DNA of 64,000 nt from Candidatus Omnitrophota bacterium (GTDB taxonomy: Bacteria > Omnitrophota > Gorgyraeia > Zapsychrales > Fredricksoniimonadaceae), in contig JAGWOI010000009.1 in the NCBI GenBank assembly GCA_028870995.1, forward strand, positions 7,085-71,084, in the 5' to 3' direction. The position numbers were made by a program, and so were the translations under genes. The notes beneath the pieces were generated by a model, which saw nothing but the letters and a program-made list of their open reading frames with translations, did no database searches and was not told the DNA's origin. Below, in pieces: positions 57,925 to 64,000 of this stretch; within the stretch, counting starts at the first letter, position 1; each line of letters starts with the position of its first letter.

Positions 57925-59534
57925 TTGTTTAATTCCAATAAGAAAGGTTGTTGGATCGCCTCAACCACCCAGCGGATAAAACGCGCACCGTCCGCGCCAT
58001 CGACCAGGCGATGGTCATAGGACAAGGACAGGGGAAGCATCAGCCGTGGGACAAAGTGCCCGTCCGTGTAGACCTGTTCCGTGGCCCCGCGGGATAGCCC
58101 CAAGATGGCCGCTTCAGGCCAATTCACGATGGGCGTAAAATAGGTTCCGCCGATGCCGCCCAAATTGGAAATGGTAAAGCACCCGCCTTGCATTTCCTCG
58201 ATGGTAGTTTTACGCAGGCGCGCCCGTTCCGCCAGGGCGGTCAATTCATCAGAAATCTGCAGGATGGACATCTTGTCGACATTTTTCAAGACCGGAACCA
58301 AAAGCCCCCGGTCGGTGTCGACCGCCACCCCGATATTGACATAATCCTTGAAAATAATCTCTTGGGTGGACATGTCCACGCTGGCGTTGAATTGCGGGAA
58401 TTTCTTCAGCGCCTGGGCCACGACCTTGATGATAAAAGGTGTTACGGAAATTTTTTTATTGCTGCCGGAAATGGATTTGCGTAATTTTTCCAGCTCCGTG
58501 ATATCAACTTTGTCGAATTGGGTCACGTGAGGGATGGTATTCCAAGCTATGGACAAGTGCTCCGCGGTTTTCCTGCGGACATTGCTCATGGCTTCCCGCC
58601 GTGTTGCGCCCCATTTGGTGAAATCCGGCAAAGGCTGGGCGGCAGCAACGGCACCGCCGCCGGCAGAACGGGCAGTGTTGAGTGTTTTACAATAGGCTTT
58701 CACATCAGCAGCGGAAATGCGACCACCAGGTCCAGAGCCGGGGACTTGTCCGATGTCGATCCCCAATTCACGGGCCAGCAAGCGCACCGACGGTGCCGCG
58801 GGAACATCTTTGTGGACCGCAGGCTGGGTTGCCGCCGGCACCGCAGCTTGAGAAACGGGGGGCTGAACCACCGGAGGCGGCGGGGTCGTTGTCTTTGTAC
58901 CGGCAGGCGCTTCTTTGGCCGCTGAAATGCCGCTGGCAGGTTTGGCAATCGAAACCGTGCCTTCGATCTTGAAAACTGGCTGGCCGACCTTGACCACTGT
59001 ACCGGGCTTGATGAGGACCTCTTTGACGACACCTTCAGCCGATGAAGGCACATCCAGCACGGCTTTATCGGTTTCCACCTCTAAAATGTTTTTACCCTTC
59101 TCCAGCCGGTCCCCTGCCTTCACATAAATCTTGGTGACCGTGCCTTTTTCGATATTCTCGCCCAGGGTCGGCAGGATCATTTCAGTGACACCGCCGGAAG
59201 CGGCTGCTGCGGTTGACGGTTGGGCCGGCTGGAGAGATGAGGCCTCAGGTTTGGCCTGGGCTGCCGGTTTTTCCGGGGCCGCGGAGGGCGCAGCGGTCGA
59301 AGAGCCGCTTAAGGTGAATACCGGCTGCCCGACCTTGATGACCGCGCCGCTTTTGACCATGATCTGGCCGACCACACCTTCCACGTTGCAAGGCACTTCA
59401 AGTACGGCCTTGTCCGTCTCCAGTTCCAACACGTTCTGGCCTTTTTTGACCGTATCGCCGCTTTTAACCAAAATTTTGGTGATCGTTCCCTGGGTGATGT
59501 TCTCGCCCAGTTCAGGGAGTTTGAATTCAGCCAT
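57921..59534 (-). CDS. aceF: Dihydrolipoamide acetyltransferase (E2) with two lipoyl domains
   Basis: Two lipoyl domains (...LELETDKAVLEVP...; ...LEVETDKAVLDVPS...), Ala/Pro linkers, and a catalytic domain with DHRLVDGA. Confidence 0.9.
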   Translation of the reverse strand: MAEFKLPELGENITQGTITKILVKSGDTVKKGQNVLELETDKAVLEVPCNVEGVVGQIMVKSGAVIKVGQPVFTLSGSSTAAPSAAPEKPAAQAKPEASSLQPAQPSTAAAASGGVTEMILPTLGENIEKGTVTKIYVKAGDRLEKGKNILEVETDKAVLDVPSSAEGVVKEVLIKPGTVVKVGQPVFKIEGTVSIAKPASGISAAKEAPAGTKTTTPPPPVVQPPVSQAAVPAATQPAVHKDVPAAPSVRLLARELGIDIGQVPGSGPGGRISAADVKAYCKTLNTARSAGGGAVAAAQPLPDFTKWGATRREAMSNVRRKTAEHLSIAWNTIPHVTQFDKVDITELEKLRKSISGSNKKISVTPFIIKVVAQALKKFPQFNASVDMSTQEIIFKDYVNIGVAVDTDRGLLVPVLKNVDKMSILQISDELTALAERARLRKTTIEEMQGGCFTISNLGGIGGTYFTPIVNWPEAAILGLSRGATEQVYTDGHFVPRLMLPLSLSYDHRLVDGADGARFIRWVVEAIQQPFLLELNK

Positions 59535-59555
59535 AAGAATTCTTTCTAGAGATCC

Positions 59556-62231
59556 TTAAGAGATCATGGGGTTGGGTTTATTGGGATTGATCTTCAATTC
59601 CCCTTGAGCTTTGGATAAGACCTCGTCACTGACCTGCTTTTGTTCATGCAAACTTGTCAACGTGGCCCAAACAATGTGTTTGGCGTCCACTTCAAAGAAA
59701 TCGCGCAAAGCCTCGCGGCTTTCCGAACGGCCAAACCCATCGGTACCCAGCACCGTATAAGGGCCGGGGATCCATTGGCGGATGGAATCGCCCAGGACCT
59801 TCATGTAATCGGAGGCCGATATAAAAACGCCTTTTTCATTGCGCAGCGCCTGGGAGATATAAGGGACGCGTATTTTTTTGGCATTGAGCAAATTTTCACG
59901 CTCGGCGTGCAGGGCCTCGCGGCGCAGTTCATTGTAGCTGGTTACCGACCAGACATCCGCGGAGACATTATATTTTTCTTCCAGGATCTTCTGGGCTTCC
60001 AGCACCTGGTTCATAATGGCGCCTGAACCGAATAAATGCGCTTTCAAATGCGAGGCCTTGGCCGATTTGCTGAAACGGTAAAGCCCCTTGATGATGCCTT
60101 CTTTGGCACCTTCCGGCATGGGCGGCATGGCGTAATTTTCATTGCCCACGGAAATGTAATAAAAGACGCTTTCTTGTTTTTCATACATGCGCTCGATGCC
60201 CTGGCGGATGATCACCGCGATCTCATAAGCAAAGGCAGGATCATAGGAGATCAGGTTCGGCACGGTCGAGGTCAAAAGGTGCGTGTGGCCGTCCTGGTGC
60301 TGCAGCCCTTCGCCGTTGAGCGTGGTGCGGCCGGAGGTGCCTCCTACCAGGAATCCCCGGCAGCGCAGGTCGCCGGCGGCCCAAACCAGGTCTCCGACAC
60401 GCTGCGGACCGAACATCGAATAATAGGTATAGAAGGGGATGGCGTTGATAGCGTGGTTGGCATAGGCCGTACCTGCTGCGATAAATGAGGAGAACGCACC
60501 GGCCTCGTTGATCCCTTCTTCCAGGATCTGGCCGTCCTTGGCTTCCTTATAATACATCAGGCTGTCGGCATCCACGGGTTCATAAAGCTGGCCTACATGG
60601 GAGTAAATACCGCACTGCCTGAAGAGGCCTTCCATACCGAAGGTGCGGGCTTCGTCCGGGATGATGGGAACGATCAATTTACCGACGGTTTCATCGCGCA
60701 GCAGCTTGGAAAGCACGCGCACATACGCCATGGTGGTGGAGACCGCCCGGCCTTCGGTGCCTTTGTAAAATTCTTCGAAGATCTCTTCCGCAGGAGTTTT
60801 AAGTGTCGAGGATTTGGCCCGGCGGGAAGGAAGGTGTCCTCCCAGCGCCTCGCGGCGTTCCTTCAGGTATTTCATTTCCGGGGAGTCCTCCGGCGGCCTG
60901 TAGAACGGCGCCTTGGCCACAACATCATCGGATATGGGGATATTGAAGCGGGAACGGAATTCCCTCAGTTCCTGCTCATTGAGTTTCTTTTGCTGATGGG
61001 TGATATTCTTGCCTTCACCGGATTCGCCCAGGCCGTAACCTTTGATGGTATGGGCCAGAATGACCGTCGGTGCGCCTTTATATTCAACCGCGGCCTTATA
61101 AGCGGCATAGACCTTTTCAGGGTCATGGCCGCCGCGTTTCATGGTGTTGATCTGCTCATCGGACAAATGCGCCGCCATTTCCAAAAGGCGGGGGTCTTTG
61201 CCGAAAAATTTCTCACGGATATAGGCGCCGGAGGAGACGGAGTATTTCTGGTATTCGCCGTCCACCACCTCGCCCATGCGGCGGGCCAGGAGGCCTTCCG
61301 TGTCCTTTTCTAATAAGCTGTCCCAATCGCTGCCCCAGATGACCTTGATGACGTTCCACCCGGCGCCGCGGAAAAGGGCTTCCAGTTCCTGAATGATCTT
61401 GCCGTTGCCGCGCACCGGACCGTCCAGGCGCTGCAGGTTGCAGTTGATCACAAAAATCAAATTATCGAGTTTTTCCCTGGAGGCCATGGTCAGGGCCCCT
61501 AAGGATTCGGGTTCATCGCACTCGCCGTCGCCCATAAACACCCAGACCTTGGCATCATCCTTGAGTTTCAAACCACGGTCTTCCAAATAACGGCTGAAGC
61601 GGGCTTGGTAAATGCCCTGGATGGGCGCCAGCCCCATGGAGACCGTGGGGAATTGCCAGAAATCAGGCATCAGCCACGGGTGAGGGTAGGATGACAAGCC
61701 GCCGCCCGGAGAAAGCTCCCGGCGGAAATTATTCAGGTTCGTTTCCGATAAGTGGCCTTCCACAAAGGCGCGGGAGTACATGCCGGGAGAGGCATGGCCT
61801 TGGAAATAGACCAGATCCCCGCCGTGTTTTTCTGAAGCCCCGCGGAAGAAATGGTTATAGCCGATTTCATAAAGAGTGGCGGAAGAAGCAAAGGTGGAGA
61901 TGTGGCCGCCGATGCCGTCCGCCATTTTATTGGCACGCACCACCATGGCCATGGCATTCCAGCGGATGATGGACTTGATACGGCGTTCCAGTTCCCTGTT
62001 GCCTGGGAAAGGCGGTTGTTTTTCTTTGGGGATCGTATTGATATAAGGGGTATTATAGGTAAAGGGAAGGGTGACGCCTGATTCTTGGGCCCGTATCTGC
62101 AGCTGCTGCAAAAGGAATTGTACCCGGTCGGGCGTTCCGCTGGATAATACATAATCAAGGGAAGCCAGCCACTCCTTAAGCTCGACTTCATCCATGGCCC
62201 CGGTTTTCTTTACATTTACGTCGTCACTCAT
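59556..62231 (-). CDS. aceE: Pyruvate dehydrogenase E1 component, homodimeric AceE type
   Basis: 891 aa. YINTIPKEKQPPFPGNRELERRIKSIIRWNAMAMVVRANK...GGHISTFASSATLYEIGYNHFF matches the AceE N-terminal region. Confidence 0.93.
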   Translation of the reverse strand: MSDDVNVKKTGAMDEVELKEWLASLDYVLSSGTPDRVQFLLQQLQIRAQESGVTLPFTYNTPYINTIPKEKQPPFPGNRELERRIKSIIRWNAMAMVVRANKMADGIGGHISTFASSATLYEIGYNHFFRGASEKHGGDLVYFQGHASPGMYSRAFVEGHLSETNLNNFRRELSPGGGLSSYPHPWLMPDFWQFPTVSMGLAPIQGIYQARFSRYLEDRGLKLKDDAKVWVFMGDGECDEPESLGALTMASREKLDNLIFVINCNLQRLDGPVRGNGKIIQELEALFRGAGWNVIKVIWGSDWDSLLEKDTEGLLARRMGEVVDGEYQKYSVSSGAYIREKFFGKDPRLLEMAAHLSDEQINTMKRGGHDPEKVYAAYKAAVEYKGAPTVILAHTIKGYGLGESGEGKNITHQQKKLNEQELREFRSRFNIPISDDVVAKAPFYRPPEDSPEMKYLKERREALGGHLPSRRAKSSTLKTPAEEIFEEFYKGTEGRAVSTTMAYVRVLSKLLRDETVGKLIVPIIPDEARTFGMEGLFRQCGIYSHVGQLYEPVDADSLMYYKEAKDGQILEEGINEAGAFSSFIAAGTAYANHAINAIPFYTYYSMFGPQRVGDLVWAAGDLRCRGFLVGGTSGRTTLNGEGLQHQDGHTHLLTSTVPNLISYDPAFAYEIAVIIRQGIERMYEKQESVFYYISVGNENYAMPPMPEGAKEGIIKGLYRFSKSAKASHLKAHLFGSGAIMNQVLEAQKILEEKYNVSADVWSVTSYNELRREALHAERENLLNAKKIRVPYISQALRNEKGVFISASDYMKVLGDSIRQWIPGPYTVLGTDGFGRSESREALRDFFEVDAKHIVWATLTSLHEQKQVSDEVLSKAQGELKINPNKPNPMIS

Positions 62232-62257
62232 AAGGTTCCTATTCTATAGAAAGATAT

Positions 62258-62342
62258 TGGTGCCGGAGGAGAGATTTGAACTCTCAAGGGTTTCCCCATA
62301 CGCTTCTGAGACGTACGCGTATACCAATTCCGCCACCCCGGC
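62258..62342 (-). tRNA. tRNA-Leu (anticodon CAG), 85 nt with a long variable arm and encoded CCA
   Basis: The reverse complement reads GCCGGGGTGGCGGAATTGGTATACGCGTACGTCTCAGAAGCGTATGGGGAAACCCTTGAGAGTTCAAATCTCTCCTCCGGCACCA. It has a 7-bp acceptor stem, an anticodon loop CTCAGAA, a long variable arm and a T-loop GTTCAAATC. Confidence 0.85.
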
Positions 62343-62488
62343 AGCTTACATCTTGGATTTTAGCCAGACTGGCACCTCTGGCAGGATTTCCAGTATAGCT
62401 TCATGAAATTCACCTGTCAACCCTGTTACTTTAGAAGTTGTCATATTCCCTGTTGCTTGGGGTCCCGCCCTAGGTTATCATATTCGTC

Positions 62489-63439
62489 ATGCTGATAACC
62501 TTTCAGACAACGGCGGCAGCCGTGGCGCAGATTTTCGCCATGGGCGCCCTGGGCTTTTATCTGATCAAAAGCCGCCTTATCCACGAGTCCGGGCTTAGAA
62601 TACTGTCTTTTTTAAGCGTTAATGTCTTTTTCCCTCTATTTATTTTTAACCAGATCCTTAAGAACTTCGATTTGAGCCGCATGCCGTTCTGGTGGCAGTT
62701 TCCTCTGATCAATATCAGCCTGGTGGTAACAGGACTGGGGATCGCCTTGCTGGCCTCCTGGCGGCACCGCGGCCATCAGAAGGATGGATTTGTGGCGGCA
62801 TCGGCCCTGCATAACGCCGGGTATATCCCGTTGTTGATGTTAATGTCCCTGCCATTGGGGCCGGCAGCAGGCGAGCTTTATGCCTGCATAATTCTTTCGA
62901 TTATCGGTTTTGATACGTGCTTATGGTCTTTAGGGGTGTGGCTGATGACTCGAAGCCAGTCCCCGCACATGGATTTTAGGAAAATGATCAATCCGCCCTT
63001 GGTGAGCATGGCGGCCGCCATTATCATTACCCTGGTCTTTGGACGAGGCTGCATCCCGGAAGCTGTTTTAAAACCGGTCAAGATCTTGGGCGATGCGGCC
63101 ATGGGTGTTGCCATGATCGTCATCGGCGGTAACCTGGCCTTGTCGAGTTTAAAGCAGGTGAATTGGCCGCGGGTCACGGGTGCAGTGCTGATCAAATTAA
63201 TGCTTCTGCCTTCCCTGGCCCTGCTGGTTGTTCCCCTGCTGAAATTAAATCCCTGGGTGGCGCTGGTGGCGATGATCCAATCGTGCATGCCCAGTTCCAT
63301 CACCCTGTCGATCATCGGACGCAACTATGAAACCAAGAACCAGGACCTGGTCAATCAAATCATTTTTATGACGCATTTTTTGAGTATAATAACCATACCT
63401 GTTTTTTTAGGTCTATATGGCAAACTGACCCATTTTTAA
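62489..63439 (+). CDS. AEC-family (auxin efflux carrier-like) membrane transporter
   Basis: 316 aa, about 10 TM segments. N-terminus ...VAQIFAMGALGFYLIKSRLI is typical of the AEC/malate-permease family. Confidence 0.75.
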   Translation: MLITFQTTAAAVAQIFAMGALGFYLIKSRLIHESGLRILSFLSVNVFFPLFIFNQILKNFDLSRMPFWWQFPLINISLVVTGLGIALLASWRHRGHQKDGFVAASALHNAGYIPLLMLMSLPLGPAAGELYACIILSIIGFDTCLWSLGVWLMTRSQSPHMDFRKMINPPLVSMAAAIIITLVFGRGCIPEAVLKPVKILGDAAMGVAMIVIGGNLALSSLKQVNWPRVTGAVLIKLMLLPSLALLVVPLLKLNPWVALVAMIQSCMPSSITLSIIGRNYETKNQDLVNQIIFMTHFLSIITIPVFLGLYGKLTHF

Positions 63440-63442
63440 ACA

Positions 63443-63892
63443 ATGTCGACCCTTGTCACCAACAAAAAGGCTTTTCACCATTACCATTTTCTGGAGAAAT
63501 GGGAGTGCGGGATTTCTTTAAGCGGGGGAGAGGTCAAATCGCTGCGCAGCGGAGGAGCGAGTTTTGCCGATGCCTTTGCCCATATCGACAAGGGCGAACT
63601 GTATCTTTACAATCTCCATATCGTTCCTTACGAGCAGGCCTCCTATCTCAACAAGGACCCGAATCGGCCCCGTAAGCTTTTGGTCCATGCCAAGGAGCTG
63701 GAGCGCATCCAGGGACGGTTGGCCGGCAAAAGTTTGACGCTCGTTCCCACCAAAATTTATTTCAACCAGCGCGGTTGGGCCAAGGTGGAGATCGCCCTGG
63801 CGCAGGGTAAAAAGATTTACGATAAGCGGGCGGACATCAAGAAACGGGAGATCAAAAGAGAGATAGACAGGTCGGTCAAGCACGGAAAATAA
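63443..63892 (+). CDS. smpB: SsrA-binding protein SmpB
   Basis: KKAFHHYHFLEKWECGISLSGGEVKSLR...GELYLYNLHIVPYEQ...LLVHAKELERIQG. Confidence 0.95.
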   Translation: MSTLVTNKKAFHHYHFLEKWECGISLSGGEVKSLRSGGASFADAFAHIDKGELYLYNLHIVPYEQASYLNKDPNRPRKLLVHAKELERIQGRLAGKSLTLVPTKIYFNQRGWAKVEIALAQGKKIYDKRADIKKREIKREIDRSVKHGK

Positions 63893-64000
63893 GCGTCCGC
63901 CAACCTCTGGCGGAAAGTATGGCAAGGGCTGTTACCATGGGCACGCGGAAGCGGGCCCCCACACCCCATCCGATGGCCACAATGGTCACGCAAACAAAAT

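Noticed and set aside
62378-62400. Sigma-54 promoter look-alike (TGGCACCTCTGGCA) upstream of the AEC transporter
   Set aside because: The GG-to-GC spacing is 2 nt too short relative to the -24/-12 consensus.
63893-64000. tmRNA (ssrA) expected next to smpB
   Set aside because: There is no GGGGCTGATTCTGGATTCGAC-like 5' end or tRNA-like 3' end in the remaining 108 bp on either strand. It may lie beyond the window.

Overview
This 64-kb window comes from a high-GC (~58-60%) diderm-type bacterium. It carries lptFG, lolCDE and mlaEFD, but has Firmicutes-like gene order (mcsA-mcsB-clpC; radA-yacL-ispDF-cysES; tmk-holB-yaaT-metG). Calls rest on reading the six-frame translations against remembered family signatures; no database search was possible.

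The first 14 kb is the S10/spc/alpha ribosomal-protein superoperon, running L23 (5'-truncated) through L17. It includes secY, adk, map, infA, rpmJ and rpoA. L30 is absent and S14 is the Zn-ribbon Z type.

Downstream are housekeeping genes: lysS, lolCD, ilvE, mlaEFD, radA, cysES, thiL, tsaEB, alr, pyrE, maf, a two-component pair, aceE-aceF-lpdA, tRNA-Leu(CAG) and smpB.

Three things stand out:
- A family of ~165-177-bp giant imperfect palindromes occurs three times. The two arms of each copy show compensatory substitutions. Each copy bounds a low-GC inserted cassette.
- The cassettes carry homing-endonuclease-type genes. Island 1 (14.1-16.4 kb, directly after rplQ) has a 2-TM protein plus a small protein, an orphan MazF/PemK-like gene, a hypothetical and an HNH endonuclease. 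Island 2 (25.6-26.8 kb, between mlaE and mlaF) has a gene with two homing-endonuclease-associated repeats fused to a T5orf172/GIY-YIG-like nuclease.
- An unrelated ~85-bp intergenic repeat (hairpin plus ribosome-binding site) sits upstream of rplV, rpsZ and a response-regulator gene.

Other unusual items are a 57-bp bipartite motif shared by two island boundaries (one with a 19-bp tandem duplication and an ORF-less AT-rich tract), a 220-bp compound hairpin between two convergent genes, and several r-proteins with low-complexity tails.
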